Origin: Rhizaria sp. SCN 62-66 | Taxonomy: Eukaryota | NCBI GenBank assembly: GCA_001724265.1 | Contig: MEDY01000119.1 | Coordinates: 62,001 to 108,592, forward strand | Reading direction: 5' to 3' | Length of the DNA stretch: 46,592 nucleotides | Shown here: piece by piece, positions 1-12,000 of the stretch | Position numbering within the stretch: the stretch's first letter is position 1 | How the letters are laid out: each line of letters starts with the position of its first letter | The notes under the pieces: model-generated | What the model saw: only the letters and a program-made list of their open reading frames with translations | The model's database searches: none | What the model was told of the DNA's origin: nothing | Position numbers and translations under genes: made by a program

Positions 1-3000
1 CAGGCTGAGCGCGAGGCTGAGGCCGAGGCGGAGGACGACCTGCACACGATGGATCGTCTGCTCTCGGTGCGCGGCGTGCTGCCATTCTCGGCGCACCTGC
101 TCGCGAAGCTGGGCAAAGCCGAAGACACTGCCGCGGCAATTGCGCGCGTGACTGCAGCCTCTGCGCCGGAGCAGACGCGTGCCGTGACCACGCAGGCTAT
201 GATGGAGCAGCTTGAGGTCCAGCTCTCACCGCTGTCTGCTCTTGCTGCACCGCTCGCAATGACAGACACAGCTTTCTTCCGCGCGCTGACTGACCTTACG
301 TTCTCGCCTACGTGGCCATACCCGGCATCGAATGAAGAGGAGGCTGTGCTCGGCGTCGCCCCGGCCGACTTTGCAGTCACCCCCGAGGTGTTCCGCACTT
401 ATCATCGGTCTTTCTACTCGTCGCCGCATTTCTCACTCGACCACGTTGCGCTCTTTGCTCCACCTGAGACGCGCGCCGCCGCCACGGCAGCGGGTGTCTC
501 GGGCTCTGGCACCAATCCTGGCCCCGACGCTGTCCCTGTAGCCCAGGCTGCTTTTTCGGCGGCCTCACGCAACTCTGCAGTTGTGGCTGCGAACATTGCC
601 GTGGGCCGCGAAGAGGACTACCTCTGCCAGCTGCGCAGGCTCGCGCAGCGCGGCAAGGTGGCAGCGCTGCTGGTGACACCCGTGGAGTTGTCTTCAGCCG
701 CTCGCGAGGCCGAACTTTACGTCGGCTACAACGACTTCTACGGCACGTACGCTCGCCAGGAGGGCGAGACGCTCGCGGCCGCCGCCGCGCTTGCTGCGGG
801 CGCGCCGCTGGACACGCCACCGTCGCTGTCGGTTCCCACGGCTGAGGTCCAAGCCGCGCTCGGCTCGCTCGACGCGCCGCGCACCATGCTGTGCACGACT
901 GCTGGCTCGCTGGGTTTCGAGGCGCTCTTTTCCCCACTTGCCGCAGGCCGCCGCACGCGCGCCGCGCTCAGCCGCCTGCGCGACCAGATCGCCGCGGTGC
1001 TGCGCGGCGAGCGGCGCTGGGGCATGGCGCAGCCCGGCGCAAACGGTGGCTCCGAGGCAGATGCGGAGGCTGACTCGTTGGTTGTGGTTGTGCGCTCGAG
1101 CGACGACCGCGACCTCATCGGCAACGGTCGAAACAACGCTGGTATGCTTGAGGTTAACCCTGCGCAGCCCATGACTGCATATGCGAATGAGACCCGCCGT
1201 CCGGCGCAGTTCTCGTTCCCGCTCTCCCGCTCGCTTGAGGGCGTGCTGGGCGAGGACTCAGCGATCGTGCGCGACATCGACCACCTGCTGCTCGCTGCGG
1301 GCGGCTCTGTCGAGGAGCTCGCGATGTATCTGACAGAGATCTCGCTGCGGCTTGTGCGTGCGCGCGCTGGCGAGGTCCCTGGCGAGCGCGCCGTGCTCGA
1401 TCGCATGGTTGACGTCTCTGTCGCTTCAGCTGCTGCGGACTCTGATTCTTCTGACCCCGCTAGCGCTGCTTCTGGCTCAGGCACAGGTCGCTTTGCGACG
1501 CATGCAGGTGGCGCGCCGACGGTGGCATCGCTTTCGCGCTCTGACTCTGCACAGAACCACGTTGGAGGTAGAGGCGCAGGCACTGAGTCCTTGGGCGCGG
1601 TGATTGCGGAGGGCGACGAAGATGCTGTTTCGAACGATGGTGACGCGATCGACACCGACAACGCACAACACCCACACAAGCATTCTAAGTCACCTCGGAC
1701 GGATGCCGAAGAGGAATTACCGATGCTGCCCGCGCCGGAGCTTCTGGCTCAGCTGTCGCTGTTTGGCTTCGACTCGCTGCCTCAACTCATCGTCGCCGTG
1801 TCTGCGCAGCGCGCCGCTGCTGAGGCTGCGCGCGCGGAGGCATACACGCAGCTGCACGACCCCACATGCTCGCTGCTCTCGATCCTCACTCCGCAGACCG
1901 CGCTCCCGCTTGACTCGCACGCCCAGCCCAGTGCTGCCCAACAAGAGAGCCCGTCTGCGCGTCTTCGCCCGACACCACCGCGTCCTTCGTCGGCTCCCGG
2001 TGGCGCATTTACGCTCATCTCACCCGCGCAGCTGCGCTCGATCCAGCTGTACACGCGCGTCGGCGCTTCGCTGCCCACCTATCTCTCTGAGATGGCTGCG
2101 CGCGGGGAGCGCTACGGTTCAGCGCAGGCTCTCGCGCTGGGTATTCTTGCCCGCCGTCAACGCGCCGACCGTCGCGCCTACGACGCCTTCTTGCAGTGGA
2201 CCGCGGGCGCGGACTCGCTTGCCGCTGCTGCCGCGCTTGCTGGCGGCGCTTGTGCCACTGCCGGCGCTCTTCAGCCGAGCGCGCCACTGGAGCCTGCTCC
2301 GATGTCCGCCGAGGAGGCTGCGGCGAATGCGCGCGCCGAAGCGGAGCAACGTGCGCTGCGCGCCGTGGCGATGCGCCTTGTGGGCGTGACGCTACCCGCC
2401 GCGCAGGACGGCGGCGCGCCGCGCGCGCTGCCCGGTCTGCTGCCGCGAGACGCTGACGGCTCCGCGCTGACTGCGGCTGACCTGCTAGCCCCGCGTCCTC
2501 CCGGAGAAGGCCCCGCGGGCGCGCGCACGCTGGTCAACGTCGGTGGCGCGCGCAGGCCTGGTGGCCGCAGTGTCAGCGTCCCGCGCCGCCGCTCCACGGC
2601 CGTGCCCGGACTGAAGCTCTCGACCAGCGCTGCTATGGACGCCGTTGCAGGCCAGGCCGCGGCCTCGCCTTCACCCGTCGCCGCGTCGGCCGCTGACGTC
2701 ACCGGGACCACTGGGGGCGCAAGTCCCACCGGCACTTCGGTGCCACACTTCGCACATGGCCAGCGGCCTGCCGCGGGCCGCATGATGTCGCTCGTCGACG
2801 CGTCGGTACTCATGGGTCCCAAGACCGCCGCGACGGCCAGCGGCAACACGACGGCTGCTGAGACTGATGCCGCGCTGCTAATGTCGACGACTCCCGTGCA
2901 GCCTCTGCCGCCGCTTGCCTCACTGCTTGCGCTCGTTGACGGCAGCGCGTTTGACCTGTTGACTGTGCTGGACGCCGTTGAGGCTAGACACACGCCGTTG

Positions 3001-6000
3001 TCGAACATTACTGATGTCATCAACGCCGTGCAGGGCATCCTCGGCCGCGCCGCGCCCGCTGCGGCTGGTTCGACGACAGCGACTGCCGCTGTCTCGTCGA
3101 TGGCGCAGACTCACGACCAGACAGCTGCATTGACCGCGACTAGACCGCCGCTCAATCTGGACTCAGTGCCTTCCGTATCCCCAACTATGAATGCCCGTAG
3201 ACTCGATAGCAACGCTGATGCCGCGCCTGTTAGCCGCGGTGACGGTGAAGCGGCTCCGACGACGATCCTGCAGCTGCAGCGCTCGTTGCCTCCCGGACAG
3301 TCGCTGCGCCGCTCGACTATGGACCTGCTTGCGCGTGGCTCTTCTACCAACCGATCTGCGTCCACCACGCCCGCTAATGTGCTTCGATCTCTCACTTTTT
3401 CTGGCGCCGCGGCTCCGGCCTCCACAGCCATTGCTGTGTCACGCGATGCCGACGGGCTGATGGCTGTGCAGCGCGCGTTTGCGCGCGCCGTGCGCCGCGG
3501 CGACGGCTCCGTGCCGGGCTTTATGACAGTTGCAGACAAGAACCCCGGCAGCTCTGAGGGCGATGCAATTGCACCTTCCAATCCCAGCTCGCAGCGCCAG
3601 CTGCTTGGCCCCTTCACTCCTGCACACGGCCAGAGTGCCACGTCGCTTATCGCGCCTTCGCCTGTCTCTGCAACCACGGGCTCTTCCTCAGCCTCTGGCA
3701 CTGCGACCACGACGCAGCAGCACCGCATGTTCGCTTCAATGTCGACTGACAGCCTGCCTGGTGTGTCGGCCGAGGGCGGACTGCCTCCTGCGCTGCTGCA
3801 GGCGATGCTGGCCGCCGGCGCGGGCTCGCTGCTGGGCCCCGAGGACGACGTCTACGGCCCCACGCTGAAGCCTGCGCGCACCCACCACGCCGACGCTGCT
3901 GCTGCGGTGCTGCTGCTCGACTCCGTTGGTGTTGCGGCTGCGGCCGCGCAGCGCGCGCGCAACGTGGTCGCTGCGCAGAAGCGCAAGGCCCGTCGTGCTG
4001 CCGCCGCTGCACGTGCTGCCAATGCTGTAAGTGCTGACGCAGCTACCTCCGCGGACGCTGCGACGCTGGCACTGCCGATGAGCGAGAGTGATGCGCCCGC
4101 TTCTGACGGCGAGGCTATGTCTACAATTCCCACGAGCGCAAGCTTGGCTGGCGTTCGATCCGCCGACGTACTCAATAGCGGCGGCGAAGACGACAATAAC
4201 GACGACCCCGATGCGGGCGTGATTGACGCCGTCGTGGCCGCAGTTTTGACTGCAGCTGAGCGCGTCAAGCGCGACAAGCGCCGTGCGCTGGCGCTGCTCA
4301 ACGCGCCTGGATCTACACTGCTCGGCGATGCGGGCGCTGGTGCCCTCAGTGGCACTGTTGGGGTGCTGCACACGGGCGCGCTTTCCGCGGCCGCCGTGCG
4401 CGATGGGCTTGCCCCCGCGCTGACCGCGGCTGACGGCGCGCCGATTCTGTCGTCCTCGTCCATGCTCACGCACGCACACGTGCATGGCCACGCGACGCCG
4501 GCGGCCGTGGCGTCCGCGGCAGACGTGGAGTTCCTGTTCCATCGCGTCGTGCATGCGGCTCGCGGCGGCAGCGACGCCTCGGGCCGCGGGCTTGGGCTCG
4601 GCGGCTCGCTCGACGGACTGACGGGCGACTCGACCGACGCCGGCGGCTGGGGTGGTGTGCTCGGTCACGGGCAGCTGCTCGGCGTGCTGGCCGCGGGCGA
4701 CTCGGTGCGTGCGCGCGTACTTGCTCACGCCGACACTGACGGCGGCGCCGAGCAAGGCGACGACGATGATGACGACGCAGATACCCTGCTGCCGGTGTCG
4801 TCACTGCTGCTCAAGCTCGATAACATGCGCAAGCGTGCAATTGCCGACAACATTGACGGCAAGACCGATGGCTCCGAACTGGCGCTGCCGCTTCCGACGC
4901 TCAGCGCTGGCGTGCCCGCGCTGGCTGTCGCGGCCGCGCGTGCTGCCGAGCGCGAGAAGCTGCGCCGCTACCTTTTGTCTGGCCCCGCGGTGTGCGCGCT
5001 GATGACTGATGCGGACGCATCCGAGCGTGGGCCTGCACTTGCGGGCGCTCTGACTGATGCTGCGCTTGATGCGATCCTGCATGCCGCGTCTGCCGCCCCG
5101 CCTGCTTCCGCCGCGCTCTCGACAGAGGCGCGCGCTCAGCAGTCGCCGCTTGACGCCAGCAACAGCATTGCAAACGCGCTGTGCTACTTGCAGGCACTGG
5201 ATCGCGGCGGTTTTAAGGCGGCTACAGTTGCGGACTTGCCCGAGCTTGTTGCAGCGCAGCACGTGGCCGCTCTGTCTGCCCGCGCCGGCATTGCGCGTGC
5301 AATCGTGGATGTGGAGCGCGCGCTGACTCAGCGCCGCGTCGCCACGGGGGGCGTCGAGCCGCCCGCGATCGACGTCCAGACCGTGGCCCGGTGGGCGCGC
5401 GCTGCCTTTGTCGATGGCTGCGCGGGCGAAAGCTCCGCCGCTTTCGCTGCCGAGGCTGCTGTCGAGGCTGCCGCGAAGGATTCTAAGGGTTCGCAGCCAC
5501 AATCACAACCGCAGCAGACTGAGAAGGCCGCTGCTCTGGCTGACGCAGCGAACGCCGCAGCCACCTCGGTGCGCACAGGCGTGGCCGTCACGCTGGTGTC
5601 GGACACTGCCTCGTCTATTGCTGCTCCTACAGTCGCCCCGCTCTCCGTTCACCGCTTCGCCGAGACCCTCGGCGCTGCGCTGCGCAGCAAAGAGCTCAAC
5701 CGCCGCGCCGAGCTCGCTGCCGTCCGCTACTCCGCCCCCGTCCCTGCCCCCGCTGTTGCCACCACTGCCAGCAAATCCACAACTATTGGGCTCGTGGCGC
5801 TTGTGGCCGCCGTCAAGGCCGAGGCCGATGCCGTTGCTGTGAGCCCCTTCTCCAGTTCGTCGCCCAGCGCGAGCGGCGACGCCCCCGCGGCCACTGCTGC
5901 GGCTGCTGCTGCGGCGAAGGTGAGCAGCGCGTCCACAGACGTCGTGCATGCCGAGTTCCGCACGCCATTCCAGCGCGGCCAGCGTGTGGCGCTGCCGCGC

Positions 6001-9000
6001 GAGGCCGAGCTCACGGCCGCTGGCGCTGCGGCGCATGCCCTGCTTGAGGGCGATGCTGTTGCTGCAGCGGTTGCGATGAAGAGTGCTCAGGCGCCGTCAC
6101 AGGGACCGACTGCTGCTGCAGTAGCTGAACTCACCGCGAGCGCCAAGGCCATTGCGACCGCTCACCACACCGATGCCAAGGCTGGCAGTAGCACCGTGAC
6201 GAGCATTGTGGTCGCTGAACAGCCGCTGTTGCCGTCTCAGGTGCGCAGGATGGAGGCGCTTTTGGCGCAAGCACAGCTGCGTCCTTCGTCCGCTTCTGCT
6301 GCGCCCGTCGCTGCGTCTACCGCCGCCTCTTCTGGCTCTGTGACGGCACCGGCTGGCACTCTGGCTACTGCCGCGGCCGACGCCGACGCGCTGCAGTTCG
6401 CGGCGCTGGTGGCTGAGTCCGTGCTGCGCTCCGACGCCGAGTGCCGGCTGTTCGCGGACGCGCACGAGGAGGTTCCGTTTGACTCGAGCGACGTGCTCAA
6501 GCTCTGGGCGCACATTGCCACCACGCTTCCGGGCGCTGCCGCCTCCGCTGGACCCAACGCGCTTGTTGGCGGACTCGACCTCGAGCTGCTGCCCGCTACG
6601 ATCGCGCTGGCCACGCGCATCGGCCACGACACCGAGGCGTTGTCACTGAAGCGCGCGCCCACGAGCTGGGGCGAGTTCGCCGAGGTGGCCAAGCTGCTGT
6701 GGGACCGCGAGGCGCTGCGTCTCACGCTCGCGCGCGGCGACGTCGACACCGTGGGACGCGGACACATGTTCGATAAGCTCGTCCCGCTGGCCGACCCCCG
6801 CGAGGCCGTCGACACCGCTCGCGCGCTCGACCTCCTGGGCCGCGCTGCGGACGCGCTCGCCAGCAACGCACAGGCCGCAGACCTCTCCACTGGCACCGCC
6901 TCTGGACAGGGCACTGACGCGGCTGGGTCGCGTCTGCGCTCTCAGTCAGTGATCGGCGGGGGCGTTGTGTTGGGAGCCAACGAAGCTTCTGGCGCACTTG
7001 CAGTGCCGAGCAGCAGCAGTAGCTCCGGCAGATTCAGCCCGCTTACGCCCATGCTCACGGGCCGCGGCGGTGTCTTACTTGCTGCAGGCGCTGGATCTCG
7101 CCCTGGCACGAGCCACGGCCGCTGTTTTGACCTATCTGGCCCGGAATTGGCGTCTAACTCGTTCTCGGGGACACCAGAGGCGCCGGCGGTGCTTTTGCGT
7201 GCTTTCATTGCCCGTGCTGCGCCTGCCTCGCGTGTGCCTGCCTCAGTCGAGCTCGCCGCGCGCGCACGTGGCCTGGACAGCGTGATCTTGGCTGCGCAGG
7301 GCGACACCGCCGTGGCGTGCGCAATCGCGCGTGACCTCGGCGAGCGCGGTGTTGTGGCGGCTTCCCTCGCGGACCTGCAGCCGCGTGTTGCTGCTGCCGT
7401 CGAGCAGAAGCTGGCTGACACGCGCGCTGTGGTGACTGCGCTGCGCGCCGTTGCGGGCAGCAAGACCGCGCTGTTGCTGCCCTCCGCGGGCGCCGACGCC
7501 GCTCTGCTTGCGATCCCTGCGACCGCTAGTACTGACGCCGCTGCGACTGCTGCTCTCGTGAGCAGTGCGGCTTACGCGCACGCGTCCGCGCTGGTTACGG
7601 GCGCGGACGCCTGTTCCACTGCTGTGCTGAACGCAATTAGCGACATGAGTACTGCTAACGCTGTTGCTATCAAGGAGGGCCATCCTGCACCATTTGCTTT
7701 TGCAAGCTGGGAGGCGCTTGCTGAGGGTGTGTCTGCTCTTACGCAACGCGCTGCTCTGCGCACTTTTATCGAGACCAAGACCCCGCTCACGTGCACCGAC
7801 AGTCCTGCTGCTGCAGCGGCTAAAAAGGACGCCACGGTGACCCAGGGCTTTGTGCCGTCCGTGCGCAGCAATACCGCTAGCAGCACCGCAGCATTCCCCG
7901 ACTCCGCGATCGACGCTATTGTTGCCCTGAGCGGCGGTGATCTCGACGTCGCGCGCGCAGCAATGCGATTTGCCAAGCGCGCCGCTACCGCTGCTGCCAA
8001 CAAGGCCACCACTAACGGCAGTTCAAGCGCGGCCTCGGCTGCGGCACCAGTTGTATTCCTTGACGCGGCCCACTCCAAAACCAGCACCAAGACTGACAGC
8101 CCGGATTCCTCGAGCAGCGTCGCCAACAATGCCGGTAGCGCTTCTGCAGACACGCCGCTTGGTGCGGTGTCTGCGTTGCCCACTCTGTCCGGGACCGCAT
8201 TGTCGTCCGCCGAGCTCGTCGCCTTCGCGGCACGCTTCGCCGAACAGCATGCGCGCGCTGTCGCCATCGCCGGCGTCATGCTGCGCCACCCGCGCTGCCC
8301 GGTGCTGTCGCGCCGCCGCCTCGCGCCCGCCGCGGCTGAGGACGTGCCCCCGCCGGTCTCCGCGCCTACCGAATCATTTGGCGACAGAGATGTCGCGACT
8401 GCGGAGGCCGCGCAGCGCGGACTAGACTGGGACGTCGGCCGCGGCATCGCGTACGGCTCGCTGCCGACCGGCGCCGCGGCCACGGGCACTGCATCAGCGT
8501 CTGTGCAGCTGCTAGTCGACGCTGCTGTGGCTCCGCGCGCCGTGCGCCGGCTCTTCTTGGAGCTGGGCGAGGAGCCCCTGGTGTTCGTCGAGGCCCTTAA
8601 GGGGCTCGCACGCTTCATCGAGGCCGAATACGCCGAGGAAGCGCGCTTGCGCTCCAAGTCGCGTCTGCAGCTGGAGCGGCGCGTGCGCGTGCTCCACCCC
8701 GATCGCCGCCGCCGTCGCCGCGAAGACGACGATGACTCCGATGAGAGCAGCAGCGAAGACGAGGCCAGCGTGCTTCAGAAGGCCGTGAGCCCCACGGCGC
8801 CGGTCGACCTGGGCTTCGCGACACTGAACCCCGGCGTCGTTGTCGCTCTCCGCGGGTGGGCCGTTGCGACTCGCGACTCCACTCTCGCGGCTGCCGCTGC
8901 TGCTACAGGAGTGCAGTCGCAGCCGAATCGCGCGACGCTGCGGTCCCGCGGCTCCCGCGCCCGCAGTCTGCGTCTCACGGGCGGTCGGGAGGGCGACTTT

Positions 9001-12000
9001 TCGCTCCTGGCGCTCAACCTCAATTCTCAGGCTGCCGCTGCGTCTGCAGGGTCGGTCAAGGAGGGCGATGAGCCCGCATCTAGCCCGCTTGACGACAACG
9101 AGTTTGAGAAGCCTTCTGACGAGGCCCGCGCGCGCGCCCTCGCTGCGGCAGACCCGTCTGCGCCGAAAGTCACGTTTGGCGTCGCGCGCCGCAAGAACAA
9201 GGACGGCGATGATGACAACGACCGGCCCCCGTCGTCTCTTGAGAAGGAGGCTGCCGACACAGCTGCGGCCGCAGAGGCTGCTGAAGCTGCGACGGCGGAG
9301 GCGGTGACTGCTCTGGCGCAGGCTGAGGCTGAGGCTGAGGCTGCGGCCAAGGCCGAGGCAGAGTCAGCTGCCAACAGTGCCGCCGCCGCCGCCGCTGCCG
9401 CCGTCGCTGCGGAGATTGCAGCCAAGCGCCAGGCCGAGGAAGAGGCTGAGGCTGCTCGCCTGGCCGCTGTAGCCGCTGTGGCCGCTGCCGAGGCCGCGCG
9501 CTTGGCCGCCGAGCAGGAGGCCGCGCGTCTAGCCGCCGAGGCTGCTGAGACCGAACGCAAAGAGGCCGAGGCTGCCGCGGCGCGCACCGCAGAAGAAGAG
9601 CGCTTGCGCGCGGAGGCCGAGGCCGCCGCCGCTGCTGCCGCTGCTGCCGCCAAGGAGGCCCAGCTTGAGGCACTTCGTCAACAGAAGGCTGCTCTTGAGG
9701 CCGCCGCTGCGGCCGAGGCCGCTGCCGCCGCCGAAGCCGCCGCCGCTGCTGCTGCTGCCGAAGCTGAGCGCGCGCGCCAGGAGGAAGAGCGTCTCCGGGC
9801 TGAGCGCATCGCCGCTGAGACTGCCGCAGCGGAGGAGGCTGCCCGTATTGCCGCTGAGGCCGCCGCCGCAGTCGCCGCCGCTGCTGCCGCCGAGGCTGCT
9901 GCTGCCGCGGAGGCTGCCGAGGCAGCCGAGCGCATTCGCGCTGCTGCACTGGCAGACCTGTTGCGCGCGCTTGACGCTGCCGACGCTGAGACCGAGCGGC
10001 TTGAGGCTGAGGCCGCGGCGCGCGCCGCTGAGGAGGCCGCCCGCACCCTGGCGCGCGCCCACCGCGAGGCTGCTGAGGCCGAGGCGCGTCGCGTGGCCGA
10101 GGAGGAGCGCCTCGCCGACGTCATGCGCCAAGAGCGGCTCACCGCCCTGCTCGCCGCGGAAGAGGAACGCGAGCGACGCGAGGAGCTCGCCCGTCTCGAG
10201 GCCGCCGCCGCCGCCGCTGCCGCTGCGGCTGAGGCCGAGCGCGTGAAGCGCGCAGCTGAGGCTGAGGCTGCGCGCGCGGCTGCCGCAGAGGCCGAGCGCG
10301 AGGCGATGCGCGAGGAGCAGGAGCGCCAAGCTCAGCTTGCCGCGCTGCTGGCGGCCGAGGACGAGCGCGAGCGCGAGAAAGAGCTCGCCCGCGCGCGCGC
10401 CGCCGCCGAGACGGCCGCCGAGGAGGCCCGCCTGCGCCGTGAGGCCGAGGATGCTGCACGCAGGGCTGCCGCGGAGGCCGCACGGCTCGCAGCCTAGCAG
10501 GAGGCCGCGCGCCTAGCCGCGGAGGCCGCCGAGGCCGAGCGTGTGCGCGCTGAGGAGGAGGCCGCGCGGCTGGCGGCGGAGGCGGTCCAGCGCGCGCGCC
10601 TTGAGGCCGAGCGCGAGACCGAGCGCGAGCGCCAGCGCGCGCTGACCCAGCTGCTCGCCGCACTCGACAAGGCCGAGCGCGAGGAAGAAGAGGAACGTGC
10701 GCGCGCTGAGGCCGCCAGGCTCCTCCGCGTCGAGGCTGCGGCTGCGGCCGAGGCTGAAGTGCTGCGTCTGGCCGAGGAGGCCCGCGTGCGGCGCGAGGCC
10801 GAGGCTGCCGCGCGCGCCGCCGCCGAGGCCGAGGCGGCCGCGGAGCGCGTCCGCCAGAAGCTGTTGATGGCGCTGCTGCTGGCCGAGGAGGAGCGCGAGG
10901 TGGCCGAGGAGCTGGCGCGGCTGCGGCGCGAGAAGGAGGAAGCTGAAGCCCGCGAGCGGGCGCGCCTGGAGGCAGAGGCCGCCGAGGCCGCGCGCCGCAA
11001 GGCCGAGGAGGAGGCCCGCCTCGCGGAGCAGGCGCGGCTCGCCGAGGCCGCGCGTATCAAGGCCGAGGAGGCCAAGCGCAAGGCTGAGGAGGAGGAGCGC
11101 GCTGCTGCCGAGGCCAAGCGCAAGGCCGAAGAGGAGGCGCGCCGCGCTGAGGAGGCTCGTCTGGCCGAGGTTGCGCGCCTCAAGGCTGAGGAAGAGGCCC
11201 GTCTGAAGGCCGAGGAGGCGAAACGCAAGGCTGCCGAGAAGCAGAAGCGGCTCGAGGCCAAACGGAAGGCTGAGGAGGAGGCCCGAGTCAAGGCCGCCGC
11301 GGCGGAGGAGGCGCGCAAGGCTGAGGAGCGCAGGCTCGCGCTGCTCGAGGCGGAGCGCGTTGCGCGTGAGGCCGAGGCCGCGGCGGCTGAAGAGGCTGCT
11401 GCGGCGGCGCGGCTCGCGGAGCGACAGGACCCCCGCGCTGCCCGCGAGGCGCGCCGGCGCAAGGCCGAGGAAGAGGCCGCCGCACAGACCGCCGCGCTCA
11501 AGGCTGAGGTCGCTGACGAAGAGGCGAGCAAGAAGGCCGCCGAGGAGGCCAAGGCGAAGAAGGAGAGCGATAAGAAGGCCAAGAAGGACGCTGCGGCGGC
11601 TGCCAAGGCGGCCGAGGAGGAGGAGCAGCGGCGCGCGATGGCTGAGCTGAACCTGACCGCTGAGGAGGCCGCCAACGTGGAGCTGCGCGAGAAGAAGGGC
11701 AAGGTCAAGGCCGCGCAAAACGGCATGATTTTCGACGATAACTGGCACGACTTAGACCTCAGCGAAGCCGCCATGGACGCTGCACTGGCGCAGGACGCGG
11801 ACCTGTTCGACGAATACGTGTGCATGCATCTGCAGTCGCTTGAGCTCGAGCGCGTTGGCTTCGTTGGCTATCCCTATATCACCGTCGAGCGGCTTGACCG
11901 CACGGCGTGGGACCGCATGGGCGTGACAGAGATCAGTAACGGACAGCAGAGCTGGCTGTACCAGCCCCTCGTGCTCAACTTCAACAAGCTTACCGGCCGC

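Noticed and set aside
10439-10500. Tiny intron removing TAG 10495
   Set aside because: The nearest GT (10439) gives 59 or 62 nt, both frameshifting. The DNA is GC-rich, continues the repeat and lacks the GTACGY donor.
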